In this document: positions 41,497 to 55,062 of the stretch, one piece after another | Position numbering within the stretch: the stretch's first letter is position 1 | Layout: each line of letters opens with the position of its first letter | DNA from: Octopus vulgaris | Lineage: Eukaryota | Assembly (NCBI GenBank): GCA_951406725.2 | Contig: OX597823.1 | Span: forward strand, 52,204,001 to 52,268,000 | DNA: 64,000 nucleotides | Direction: 5' to 3' | Made by a program: the position numbers and the translations under genes | Notes under the pieces: model-generated | Seen by the model: the letters and a program-made list of their open reading frames with translations, nothing else | Database searches by the model: none | Told to the model about the DNA's origin: nothing

Positions 41497-42226
41497 ACAA
41501 TTGTGCTTCTATGAGACACACAGGTTTGTTCTAATATCTAGATGGAAACTAAAGGTCAGAAAATGACATGCAAAAACCTTTTAAATGTGCTAAAATTTTT
41601 CCAGCTCGTTGACAAATTGCAGTTAGATTTCCTGCTACTGCATTATAGATTTTAACAGATAGAAGTGAGAAATCCAAATACTATTTCAATGGGATTAGCA
41701 ATTAGGATAACACATAGGAAGTTAGTTTATAGCTTCAGATAATTATTCTGATCCTAAAATTCTGTTCAGAATTAGAAAAGTTAGAAAACAACTAATGGTA
41801 GGATCAATACCATTGCATGTTAAATAGATCAAAGGAGGTTCTCTGTAATTAGCTGAACACTTAGATTAATAGGGAATTGTCAGATGGAATTTGAAAAATT
41901 GGTGTTGGTGAGTATTAAGGGTGAAAATTAAGGAATTCACAGTTTTCAGACTAATTTACACCAAAGGAAAAGTGAAAAGAAAGGGCCCGTGAAGGAAGCT
42001 AAGAGAACATTTTAAATTAGGGATAAATGTAAGGTAAATGAACATAGAGTTACTGAAGCAGATCTTCGATGGATTAAATGGATTAAATTTGTGTAGAATG
42101 AAATCAGTGGAGTCAATAACTGCCAGCAAACAATGAATATAATGCTGAAAATTATACTAAAAAAATACTTATAACACATCAGAAATACTGCTTCTCATCT
42201 GTTCATTAAATTTAAGCAACACTTAA

Positions 42227-42447
42227 CCCTCTAGCATTCAAATCACTCTATCAAATGCTATGCTTGCTTATTCACATTGTTTTGAATTAATCATGCATTA
42301 TCTTATAGTTTTGAGATTTCAATGATGTGCTTATTTACTTTTAGAATGACATTATAGGGTAGGTGTGAGAGGCCAGATCTGACCAGTGTGACCATAAAAC
42401 AGGTAGAAAATTTTGGACCAGATATGGCTGGTTTAAATGCAAAAGGG
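42227..42447 (+). mobile_element. piggyBac-type MITE (TTAA flanks)
   Basis: TTAA-CCCTCTAGCATT...AATGCAAAAGGG-TTAA. Confidence 0.85.
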
Positions 42448-43109
42448 TTAACCTAGTTAATAGTTAAAAGGGTGACTGCTTAGGAAACTTAGGTGTTGTA
42501 AGAATCTTTTGTCATAAGCACAAGTATGACTATGTGGTTAAGAAATTTGCTTCACCACTATATGGGTTTCAGGTTCAGTCCCACTGCATGACAGCTTATA
42601 CAAGGTGGTGTGCAAAACAATGTCTGTTATAGTCTCAGGTCAACCACCACCTTGTCAGTGAAATTTGGCAGACAATGTGTATGCTTGTATGTGGGTGAGT
42701 GTGTGTGTGTACATTTGTTTATTTATGCCCATAACATAGCAGTTTGCTTAACAGAAATGATAAAATAAGCATCATAGTGAAAATGAGTGTTGGGGTTGAT
42801 GTGATTTACTAAAACCAGTGAAAGAATGAAGCAATATGAGAACAAACTGTTTTAATTTCCAATTTTTTCCTCATTTCCTAATCTTTGATTATGAACTTTT
42901 AATATTCGATAAGATGGACATACATATCAAAACCAGAATTATTTAATAAAGATCACTTAATGTAACAACTAGAAAATTACTCATTCTGTCCAATCAGAGG
43001 GGAAAAAGTAAAAGAATCTTTAAACATACTTCTGTGCTGTTTCCACTTTTACTTTTAACCTATATATATAGGAAAGGAGGTAATGAGTTCAATTCCTGGA
43101 CCAGGCTGT

Positions 43110-43367
43110 GTTGTGACACGTAAAAAATACCATTTGAATGTGTCCATTGCCAGTACTGCCTGACTGGCCCTCGTGCTGGCAGCACATAAAAGCACCCACT
43201 ACACTCTCGGAGTGGTTGGTGTTAGGAAGGGCATCCAGCTGTGGAAACTCTGCCAAATCAGATTGGAGCCTGGTGCAGCTATCTGGCTCACCAGTCCCCA
43301 GTCAAACCATCCAACCCATGCCAGCATGGAAAGCGGACGTTAAACAATGATGATGAGGATGATGATG
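43110..43367 (+). mobile_element. SINE family C
   Basis: Two internal units then the canonical tail GGAAAGCGGACGTTAAACAATGATGA. Confidence 0.85.
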
Positions 43368-46160
43368 TATGCATGTATGTACGTATGTATGCATACTTGT
43401 ATGTATGTACATGTTATGTATGTCTGTCTTCATGTATGTATGTATATGTACGTTTGTATGAATGCATACATGTATGTATGTCTGCAATGTATATTATGTA
43501 TGTATGAATTCATAAATGTATGTATGTTATGTATGTATGTATGTATGTAATGTATGTATGCTATGTATGTATGCATATATGTATGTATGTACATAAAACT
43601 GGATTTTTTTTTGACATCTTGTCAAGTTGTTTGGTGATGGACATCTGGTAATTTCCTCTCAGAGTAAATGGTATTTTTTGTTCCTTTAATGGTCTAGTCA
43701 TGAAAGTGATCTATCTTTATCCATGATCTGCTTTTTGCAGGCTCTCCAAGGCTAGTGACAATGATCTAGTTGATGCTCATCTTGAACATCTGCTAGTTGT
43801 CAATTACAGAAGAAAAGCATGTGAAGATGGGGTGAGGTGGAAGGGAGTTTAGAGATATGACAATCTAGGATGGAAGGGGTTAATGCAAGACATGGGAGGT
43901 GAGGAGATACAGTGTGGGTGAAAGGAAGAGTAGAGAGGTGTGTTTGTTGGGTGAGATTAGGTGAAAGGGACACACAACAAGCTAACTTCAAGAAATAGAG
44001 GCTTTTTGAAGAGCAAAGTGAAGAAATAGGACATATGTGGACTAGGTTTTTGAAGTGTATTGGTGTATGGTGACTCCATACCAATCTGTTGGTTAGTTTT
44101 ACTTTAAATAAAATTATGGGGTGGCTAGTACATCACGAGGAGATCAATGCTTTATTTATAGAGAGAATTCATTGCAAGATTTAGGAATAATTCTCTAACT
44201 TGCATGTCCTAATGCTGGAAAGCATGTCACAGAAATGATGCAAAAATTTCCTTTAGTTAGACAGCTGAAGGAGAAATACTGAAAGTCAGCAAGCTGGATA
44301 ATTGACAGAAAATATTTGGCCAATAAGACCTTTGATCACACATCTGATCAATCAGGACTGATTTGGAGCTATACAACAACAGCAACAATAACAGCAGCAA
44401 CAACAGCATCAAACCTCATTTTTCCCCCTCGTTTATTTTTGTGAATGAAATAAGTGTACACACAATGAAATACACCATACTTGATGATAGAGCTGATTAA
44501 TTACGTATGGAGTGAATGATATTCTCAAAAGTAATTTGGGAAAAGAAAGAGCAAAGAAATCTGATAATGAATTCCTTCCCCATCAGGTGCAAAAGTAAAT
44601 GAGTAGGCTGGTGTTTTATTGACAGCAAGAGAAATAAGTTTATAAACAGTTATTATGTAAGATGATTACAACAAAGAATGATTACCCTGAACTGCATGGA
44701 AAGGCAGCCTCCCTACAGCAACAGAGAAGTAGTCATATTCAGTGTGACAGAAGTGAGTAGACAAGAGTTAGTATTCGTTTTTGATAGTGCAATGAATTGG
44801 TTCAGAATATATGCATTCTCTTTTCAGATTGATTGTCAGAGAACTAACACTTCAAGTACACTAAATGTTCAGATGCATTTGACAGTGTAGACCTACAGGC
44901 TATACACTTTTGTGATGATTTGAATAGTCATTGCTATTCCACTAATGTTTGTTAAAATTTGAACCAGAGTTAGTGTAGTGTCAAAAGTTGAAGGCACAAG
45001 ATTTAGGATTCAGTGTTCTTCGTAGAGAGAAAAGTTTTCGAAAAGTAACAGGAGGCTGGGTGATGTATGTGTGTAATGTTTGATCTTATTTAGTAATGAA
45101 AAGTAATCCAGGAAATTATAACATTTGCACACGGCAGACAAAAAAGAAAAATCAAACAGCAAAGAAATGAAAATGGCATGTTGGATGTTAAATGTAGCTA
45201 AGATAGAATTAGCAGAAATGCTATAGAAAGAAAATGTTCTAGCTTATGACAACAATAGCAATTATTTTAATGGGAAAGTAAGAATAAATGCCATAAGTTT
45301 GGTAGAAAATATTACAAACATTCATTCCATGTTAATGTAAATCATTCATTATTAGAATTCAAATGAGTGAGTTGGCTTAAAATGAAGAGAAGAACTTTAC
45401 TTTATTGATGTTCTCACATGAGCTGTTATTGCAATTTATTCCTGTAGAGCTGCCAAAATATGTACTGCTGGTATAATTTATTTGATTCCATTGCCTATAT
45501 AATTTTTTCCTGTGTAAAATTTATTGAAAAGAAATGATATTTAACAATTTAAACATGCAATAGATTATAGAGGTACCTCCTAACAAAATGACCCAACAAC
45601 TCAATTTGTATGTGTAGCCAGTTCCCCTAACCTACATTATGGATATCAAATGAGCCTTTATGTCATTATCTGACCTGCTAAAAATATCTAACAAATCTCC
45701 TTCAAATCACATTTTAGTGTCTTAGAAAAGACTGGATGTTCACAGTTAGACTGCCTTTGATTATAGATATTTTTAATTAAAGGTGAGGTCGGGAAAACAA
45801 TAAAAACCACACACAAGTTTGAGAATGTCATTCTTGCTCCTTGTTTCTATGGCGTAAGAGAGGAACCTCTTGCTAGTTAGCCAAATTATTTTAAGAGTGT
45901 TAATTGTTCTAGCTAGGATTGAACTCCTATATAGTTTGTTGGTAATTAAGTAGCATAATCTCAGTGGTATAGTATGTATGCATAAATGCGTTGACATACT
46001 TACATGGGTTATGTGTCTGTAACAATGTACACACACCTATATGTATATACACATATGCATGCACATACACACACACATATACACACACGTATTGACTAAC
46101 TCATAATAAGTAGGTTTTGTAATGAAAACAGAAAAAACACAACTCAAAGCATGAGTATAT

Positions 46161-46370
46161 ATAATTCTTTTTTGAGATCTGGTTCTCATGGCACATAAAT
46201 GCTATAAATTATAGAGGGTCAATATTTGGTCGAAAATTCCTTTTGGATAGGACAAGTCTAAGGTAAGCCTTCAATATTTTCTATCTAAAAGAGGTTTTCT
46301 ACCCAATATTTGCATGCTCTTATTTATAGCATTTATGTGCTTTGAAACCAATTCCCCAAACGAGAATTAT
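46161..46370. repeat. ~210-bp imperfect foldback (inverted repeat)
   Basis: Perfect 19-bp core GCACATAAATGCTATAAAT (46191-46209) vs 46322-46340, extended imperfectly on both sides. Confidence 0.85.
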
Positions 46371-46406
46371 TTCATTTTTTTGTTGTGTCGGAGGAGAGTC
46401 ATACTG

Positions 46407-46608
46407 TCTTAATGCCTTATTATCTAACACACTCACTGGTTCAATTTCCCCTCATTTATTATTTAATTTTTTTTGTCTTCCCAAATTTTTGTTGCTTTTC
46501 TAATAGATAAGGTTGCAAAATCAACGAAAATTTTCAAAGAAAAAGATACATAAATAATAAATAGGTGAAAATTGAACTGGTCAGGTGTTAGATAATAAGG
46601 CATTAAGA
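46407..46608. repeat. ~200-bp imperfect foldback (inverted repeat)
   Basis: Perfect 24-bp TCTTAATGCCTTATTATCTAACAC (46407-46430) vs 46585-46608, with imperfect inner arms. Confidence 0.88.
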
Positions 46609-46962
46609 AAATTTGCTTCACTTAAAGAATCTTACAAACCAGATACAAAAACCAAGAATTATTATTTCATATTCTCTCAAAAGTTCATAGATTCTTATGA
46701 ATATATAGACGCAGGCATGGGTATGTGGTTAAAATGGTATGTTCGCAAAAAAAATTTGTATTCCATGTTTTCGTATTTCGTATTTCATGTTGCTTTCGAA
46801 TTTTATGTTTATTTTATGTTGTTTACGTTCCATGGTGTCCTGTATCCATATATGCATGTATATACCAATATATGTATGTATGCATATATATTTATACACA
46901 TATACATATATACTTATACATACATATACATATATACTTATACATACATATACATATATATA

Positions 46963-47754
46963 CACAGATATGCAAGAAGTAAATAGACACCTTTAATTTT
47001 CAAAATCTCTGATTTAATATGCAAAGTGAACAATTGAAATGTAATCGATAGATAAGACTACATACTTTAGTATTTAGTTGACATTCCCTTTGCAGGTTTT
47101 TAATTCAGAAGCTCTTTTTGGTATAGAACTGATGAACTTGGTGATTTTTCTCGTGTGGAACTTCTGCCCACTTTTTATGCAACAATCGAAACAATTCATT
47201 TTTAGATTTAGATTTCTGTCGAGTTTTTCATATACCTCTATCTAGTATGCTCGAAAGATTTTCAATTGGGTTCATGTCAGGAGATTGGTTCGACCAAGGA
47301 AGCTTTTTGATTCCATTTTCAGTCAGCCATTATTGATTCCTTTTCACTGTGTGGCAAGGGGTTCGTTTCCCACAATTCTCTTCAAACAGCAAAGCTTCCT
47401 TTCTGGGGACCCAGGTCAGCCGGGACAAGAATCTGTTGATTCTTTTCCTTGGCTTTTGAACTGCACTATAATTCTATTAACAGTAGCAAGAGAAATTTGA
47501 AGATTTTTGGCAGTTTTTTTGCTGGCTAAGACAAGTTTCAGAATGCCCAACAATACCACCTCTTTAAAAATCTGACAGTTCTACTGAATTCTTTGTGTGT
47601 GGCATGGTTACTCTTCACAAATGTTTAATATAATGGCACCTGGAATGAAAAAAATAATTACATTGTAAATTCTGCACTGCTGAAAACATATTAAGACACG
47701 TAGTTAAAAAATTTTGAAAATTAAAGGTGTCTATTTACTTCCTGCATGTCTGTG
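46963..47754 (-). mobile_element. Internally deleted Tc1 element with both 44-bp TIRs and TA flanks
   Basis: CACAGAYATGCARGAAGTAAATAGACACCTTTAATTTTCAAAAT at both ends (2 mismatches); internal minus-strand LPWSNQSPDMNPIENL. Confidence 0.9.
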
Positions 47755-47771
47755 TATTTGTGCACACACAT

Positions 47772-47804
<33 letters not shown>

Positions 47805-47947
47805 CATGTATGTGTGCATATATGTGTATATATAGATATATATATGTGTATACTTATATGTATGTATATATATATATATGTGAGTGTGTGTGTATCATCA
47901 TCATTTCATGGATATTAAATGATGAAAATGATGATGATGTGTATATA

Positions 47948-48074
47948 CAGGGTGTCCACAAAGTCTTGGTAGATGGGGATTAACACATACTTTAAGAAAT
48001 TATTATTTCTTATATCTAATTGCTTATGTTATGATTTTATTTATTCCATGGATCCAGACTTTGTGGACACCCTG
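47948..48074. mobile_element. 127-bp Tc1/mariner-type MITE
   Basis: TA-CAGGGTGTCCACAAAGTCT...AGACTTTGTGGACACCCTG-TA, perfect 19-bp TIR. Confidence 0.92.
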
Positions 48075-48122
48075 TATATATATATGCACACACACAAATA
48101 TATATATACACACATATATGTA

Positions 48123-48231
<109 letters not shown>

Positions 48232-48449
48232 GAACTCTCAATCTAGTGATCTCGTTCAGAGATTTATTATTGTTATATATTAATTGTTATCGCCATATTA
48301 ATATGGCAGTCTTACAAATATAAGACTAAAAGCTGTCACTGATTAGCTCCATGAGGCCATCGCCTTAAGATAGCTATTTGACACACAAACTGTGTCCATT
48401 ATAACCTTCGAACAAGGGAGGTCAGCCGCTTCACACTGCTAGTCAGACA

Positions 48450-48492
48450 GCTACAGACGTGTTTCAGGGTATTTGCCCTTTGTCAATGTAGC
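48450..48492 (-). ncRNA. Decayed minimal type I hammerhead ribozyme
   Basis: Minus strand GCTACA-TTGACAA-AGGGC-AAAT-ACCCT-GAAAC-AC-GTC-TGTAGC: perfect 6-bp stem I; core differs from CTGACGA and GAAACGCGTC by transitions only. Confidence 0.7.
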
Positions 48493-48677
48493 GTAGTCGA
48501 CCCAGCAGGTGTCGCCACTGATCGTCTCTGTTCGAAGGTTTTATTTACCTAGTTTCGGTGGAATACATCCACTTGTTTTCAATAATAGAAATATTAAAAT
48601 TACTAAGTCTCTCTAAAAGAGATTACGGCATATATATATTTTTTTTCGACTATATATTTATACACACACACACACAT

Positions 48678-48727
<50 letters not shown>

Positions 48728-49509
48728 ACACACATACAGATTGTCATTTTGTTTTCTTCTGAATAAAATATCCTCTCACGTCAGCACCAAATCATGTGGT
48801 GGTCATTATCACAAGTGTCTGCACCACTGAAATTCTTACAAGTTGAATTCTGGCATGAACATTATTCTAAGATAGACATTATGTTTTTCCAGTGTGTATT
48901 ATTACAAAATTCAAAAACAAAAATTAAAACTAGATTATATCACAATACTGCAAGGACAGATTTATAAAGAAAATCAGTTTCAGTTAGTGAATTTTTAGTA
49001 GATTTATATAAAAGGGGAAGTGCCCTAGCATGGCTGCAGTCCAATGACTGAAATCAATACAAACTAAAAGATAAAACTTAATGAGTACAAGAAGTGCACT
49101 GGCAGAATGTTGTTCTCTCATTTTCTTTTTTTTTTTTTTGACAAATTTCTATTATTCCAATAATCTTCTCAGTGACATATCATGGTAACTATTCAGTGTG
49201 CACTGCTATCTGAGAACTTACTCAGTATTTCATAAGTACTTGTAGAATAGATGCATGTGCAGTAGTGCATCACTGCATACACCATTTGTTGGTGATTCCC
49301 TACTACTTCTGGTGGATGATGGCTCTGCACCATTCAGAGGACCTTCATGGGTCTGTACTCCACTATTCATGGGTCTGTTAGGGTAATCATTTTTGGTGAG
49401 AGTTTTAAGCAGTCAGGGTGCAAATCATATCCCAATCTCTTTTAGTCACACTTTATAACATATAGAGATGTTGGATCTATCCTTCAACATGCCAGTATCG
49501 ATATAACAC

Positions 49510-49628
49510 TAAAGCAAACTGAGATGAAGTGTTTTGCTCAAGAACACAACACTATCAGTCTAGGAATTGAACTCTCAATCTAGTGATCATGAATGCCATA
49601 CACTAACCACTAGGCCACGTACCTTCAC
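49510..49628 (-). mobile_element. 5' part of a family D/E-type tRNA-derived SINE
   Basis: AAGTGTTTTGCTCAAGAACACAAC..GGAATTGAACTC..CTAACCACTAGGCCAC. Confidence 0.7.
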
Positions 49629-49850
49629 CTGCCATTTCATAAGTGTGCATAAAAAATTAGTTTCCCATTATGATCCTTATTGATATTATTAAATGAGCCA
49701 AGATATTTTTGTCATCAATTTACATCTTTGGTGGATGTGCAACACATACAAAGCATGCCTAAGATATGCTTTTGGTAGATTAAAGTTTAATAGTAGTATG
49801 GTATTAGGGAAAATGTCTTTTTGGATAGTAACAACCAAAGCTTATATAGG

Positions 49851-50078
49851 TTTACCCTTTTAGCATTTAAACCAGCCATATCTGTCCCAAATATTCAACT
49901 TGTTTTATATCAAAATTGACCAGCTCCAGCCTCTGATACCTACCGTACAATGTCATTTTAAAAATATACAGGCACAACATTGAAATCTCGAAGCTACAAT
50001 ATACTACATGATTAATTCAAAGCAGTGCAAAATACATAACAAATACAGTGACAAAGAAATATGAATGCTAAAAGGCTA
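49851..50078 (-). mobile_element. piggyBac-type MITE, diverged
   Basis: CCCTTTTAGCATTTAAACCAGCCATATC..GAATGCTAAAAGG. Confidence 0.75.
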
Positions 50079-51785
50079 TGGAACACTTTTAAAATGTTAA
50101 GAAATAGTTAAGAGTTGAATTTTTCAATATGCAGTGACACTAGACATGATAACTATTGATTTAACACAGAAAAGTGCAACAGCTGTATTGGTAGTACACT
50201 AACTCTGTATATGTCCCTTATGAGGTGACTACTTTACAAAATACATTTTCAAATGAAGTAGAATAATGTATATTGGATAAAGTACAAAATGTGAATTTAA
50301 TACATGCACAAAAATATTAATGACTAGCGTTCTGCAGCCCTTTTTTTAAACTATAGATCTCTTTGATCCCTATTTTACTTGGGTGCACCCTCCTAGTCAT
50401 TCAGTGCTTAAAAAATCCTATTATATTTTTATCATTGTCAAAATATCTGGTGTTTTGTAGAAGTACAACCAATTTATTGCTGATAAATTTTAACATTAAA
50501 ATCTGATATGGATCCCCAAGTGTCGTATAGTTGAGGGCCAGTGCTCTAGTCTTACTGATCTGAGAAATTTTTCATCTTAATCCCATTGTAGAAAATGTTA
50601 TATTGTTATTATTGGCAACGCCAGCAACAGCGTTTTGTGTCTGCCATTCCATGCTGGTATGGGTTGGATGGTTTTTCTGAGACAATGCATCATAGCTTGA
50701 TGTCCTTCTTTCATCAACCCTTTTAGTCATTTCTTATAACAATTAAGGATGCAATGTACCTTTTCTAAAATCAGGATACACACACACATACAGTATTTTA
50801 AATGATGTCATAAAACTTAGAAATATAAAAATAAAATGTAATATAATCTGATTAGATTCAAGTATTTGCTCATACTTTTTATATTTGTATAGAAATTCCA
50901 ATTGCTTTGAGAATTCATTTAAATTTGCACAATAATAAGGGGTTGTGAAAGTTGCATTTATTCTCACCTGTCATAAACTATAGACTGTGTATAACAAACA
51001 CTTTATTCTGCAGTTGATTTACATTAAAACTATTGTTATGCATTCAACTTTCAAAGGAATTCACGGTAATTTGAAGAGCCTTAAAACAAATTTATTCATA
51101 GAGATGTCCATTTGATACTGGAGGGATACTACTCTCGAATTATATCATGTCTTGTAAATCAACATGGTGATTTGTTTCATTAACAGTGTAATGAATACAA
51201 GAAAAGAAAGAGGCTCTCTGTGATATGAAAGTGTGAATGAATGAGATGAGAGTTGTCATCTAGGAAAATTACTGTGATTCAATTAGCATTGCATAGAAGA
51301 CAGCTACAAAGTCCAGCAATATCAGTGGTACATTTTAAGAATAATAGAATATAAAGATTTTAAAAGAACTCAGAATTATTTTCTTTTAAATAGCATTAAT
51401 TTCCTTTGATTTGGCAGAAGACAAATGTTTACAAAAGAAGGAGTTATGTAATCAAATCAATTCTGTTATCTTGCTAGTGGTCATTATTCTAGCTTCTGAC
51501 TTAGAAAATGGGGAAAGATTTGATCCTGATAGGATTTGAACTTGGAACTTAGAGAAACAAAACCACCAATTTTAAAAACTGACATAGGTTTCAATTATGT
51601 CAGAGAGTAGAGTCAAAAGAGATTGATTCCATTTCCTATCTGGTTCTAATTTTGTTGACTCCAGAAGGTGGAGGGAGCTATTAAAAGAAAAGACCTATCA
51701 GTAAATGATATCATACATGCCAGTTGATGCTCTACCAATTCTGTCGCTTAATTGCTTGCTTGTACTAATATTACAAACACCTTAA

Positions 51786-51998
51786 AGCGATGAGCTGGTA
51801 GAATTTTTAGCATGTTGAGAAAATGCTCGGCAGCATTTCGCCCATTTTTACTTTCTGAGTTCAAATACCACCAAGGTCAACTTCACCTTTAATCCTTTCA
51901 GGGTCAATTAAATAAGTACCAGTTGAACACTGGGGTTGATGTAATCAACTTACAACCTCCTCTGAAATAGCTGGCTATGTGCCAAAATTTGAAATCAA
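51786..51998 (+). mobile_element. SINE family A
   Basis: GCGATGAGCTGGTAGAAT..TTCTGAGTTCAAATACC..CCAAAATTTGAAATC. Confidence 0.85.
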
Positions 51999-54047
51999 TA
52001 TTATAAGCACCTTCATAGCAATATTTGTCACAGTCTCTGGTGTTGTTTCTTTATATTTTGAATTCTAATCTTCCCTTGAACAACTTAACCATCTACTGTT
52101 CTGGAATTGGTAAATGTAGTACTGAGATCAATTCACTCAGCTATAACCATCCCTTTAAAATATTTGGCCATCTTCCTAGTCAAAAGAAATCAATATTATT
52201 ATAAACCTTCAAACAGTGGAATAATTGTTAAACCGTTAGAAAGAAGAAAAGTTTAATGTTGTGGGCCAAACCCTTCGTTTGAAAGAGTTGAGTTGCTTTC
52301 TGCATGGACTTTTCATATTAGTATTTGCCAATGTCAACCATTACTTGTTTCTTTGGATTCTGCAGTTTCAGTATTATTTGATCTTCCTAAATACTTTTAA
52401 GATAGCTTTCTTACACAATCAAGTAAAAGAAAGTAACTCCTCAAAGTCTTATAACAATCAGCAAAGGAAACCTAAGACATACCATTGTATTTATCTAAAT
52501 TTATTTTTATAACTGCATAAAACATTAATACCATTTATAAAAAGTATACTGCAGTGATTAACCAAGAATCTGTTTTTATTATAAAGAAATATATTGATTT
52601 CTAACATAAGCACAAGGCCACACATATAATGAAAAATATTATAGGGATTTCTTGCATAACTTGTACAAGTGAATAAGGGGGACAGTAGTTTTGGTAGTAG
52701 TGCTTATGGCTAGATGAGTCATAAATTTACAGCTTGGAACTACAGGGCAGTTCTATTATATTAGTCAGTGAGTCAGAAACCAGCATGGAATAGTTGAATA
52801 ACACTATTACAAGCAATATAGTCTCACAAATGTGACTGTCTGCAAGAGAATCACCTACTATTTTCACAGTCACTGACCACTGCTGTGGTATATATTATAA
52901 AGGCATGAGTGAGGCAAAGGTATTTTCTGCTAACAGCATAAAACATACTGATATTTGGTATTTCAAACAATTGACTTAAATATCCAAATTGAATATCAAC
53001 ATTTTTTCTTAAAAAAAAAAGAAGAAAAATTAATGGATTAATTCTAAGAAAGTTTGAAATTATTGAAGATATTTTTTCCTCTTTCTCTTCTTAATTATTT
53101 AACATGAGGAAATTTGAAATAACAAATCAAATAACTGATGAAATAAAATAAAATAAAATAAAATAAAATAAAATAAAATAAAAAATATAAGTCAGTCAAT
53201 ACTTACTTCTGAGAGAAATAAACTTGTACTGTTTAACTAAGGGGCAAAATTATCAATGCCAATTTGTCTGAACACAAGAGAGTAAGGACAGAAAAATTTG
53301 GTAAATGTCCATTGAATAACAGATAGCGATTCTGTTACACAAGACACTTTCTCAATACATTTATTGAACATCTGCTTCGACTAATCAAATACTTTCTAAA
53401 TTTTCTCACTGGTGGACTTGACATCAAGGGCATTAATTCTGGACACCTAACTAACCTTCTCTATATCATTCATTATATTTAAGATTACAAACTGTCCAAG
53501 TTTATGCCGAGTACCTTAATAATGTTACTACTATTATTTTGTTTCTCAGTTAATTTACATTTATATTGTGTGATTCAACAAATTACTTAATAACACATCC
53601 ATCCAGACCTATAGGTATTTATTTATTTCCTTAACCATACATGTGTCTGTAGAAATTCTTATTCAGCCATTCATCAAAGTAGGTATCTATCTTCTCATAA
53701 ATTTATTCATGTACTAATTGGTTTACCTTCCTATTTACCTACAAATACATTCATCCATATTTGTGTCTATTCTTCCCTAACATGTTACAATGCATCTGTC
53801 CATGCCATATTTTATATAACAAACTTTCCATCGAGTTTTGTCTGCCCACCCCTACCACCACAAATTTCTTTCTTTCTCTCTGGCTAAATAATCAATCAAT
53901 GAAGTGTTGTGTTTATCCATATATCGTATGTACTATGTGGTGTTAGTGCACAGGTGTATGTGTACATACATATACTTATAGGTATATATTTATGTCTATT
54001 TATCCTTTTATTAAGCCTTCCATCTATCCAAATAACCATCTGTCTAT

Positions 54048-54089
<42 letters not shown>

Positions 54090-54963
54090 CAAATGAAAGA
54101 TGGAAGACGGAATATGCAAGAATTAATTATTAATTACAACAATTGTTTTGATGCATCTAGCATCGATTCCTCATGGGTGGGACACCCAACAACTGGTTTA
54201 GGAGCATCCAGTGATGCAAATGTATGTTGTCAAGTGATAAATAAATACAACACGTTAAAATAACTATTTCACAATGTAACTTCCCGTTTTGTAGAGAAAA
54301 AAAAAAGCAACCAGACAGAGGAAATATTTTCATTTATATAGAAGATCAAAAATAAAATCACAAATGGCAAAAAGAGAAATGAACAAGCAATCCAGTGAGA
54401 AACGTATTGAAAATAACCATTAACAAATATAGATGTATAAACGCCCTCGGGCAAGCTGCAAGGTGTGAGTACACTCGCTCATACAAGCATCCGCAAAAAT
54501 GCTCATACAGCATATGCACACGTGAGGTATGGTGCACCCATGATCATAAAGCGAATCAGCTATCAACTTGGTGCTTGTAAGAATGGGAAGGTTACAAGTA
54601 AACCTAAGTCATCCATACCTTAAAGTAAATTAAGTAAATGAAGCTAACGGTTACTCAAAATTCATCCCCACTGCATTGTGCAAAAGTACATTGATATGCA
54701 CATAGGCATCTCGAGAGTCGTTCAGAAATTCTTTTAATGATACCTTCATTAGTCCACAGAATAGACAGGGATTCCTCGGAGCAGAGACAGTATCGCCTGG
54801 AAATTATATTGTATAATTTTGCATACCTTAATATGGATCAAATTATGCTGTACTTCATTTTATCCTCCTTCAGTCACCATACAAAATCAGCCAAAGATGT
54901 TGAATTTCTCTTATTGATTGACTTGATGCTGGCAACATGGTTTTGATAACCATTCTTAAATGA

Positions 54964-55024
54964 ATCAGCTGTCTAGGGAAATTTCGAACCTGGTTTTTCA
55001 TTCCTAAGGTATTCTTCGATGTTG

Positions 55025-55062
<38 letters not shown>

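Noticed and set aside
43741-43831. Possible 91-nt exon (TTTTTGCAG...GTGAGG) with an open frame
   Set aside because: No recognisable protein similarity and no partner exons; could arise by chance.
43800-44084. Minus-strand peptide NLVHICPISSLCSSKSLY resembling a GIY-YIG endonuclease start
   Set aside because: The expected YIG-T..RL..R..EH continuation is not adjacent; too degenerate to call.
50323-50545. hAT/Charlie-like MITE
   Set aside because: Termini only loosely resemble CAGTGGTTCTCAAC-type TIRs and no 8-bp TSD could be read.
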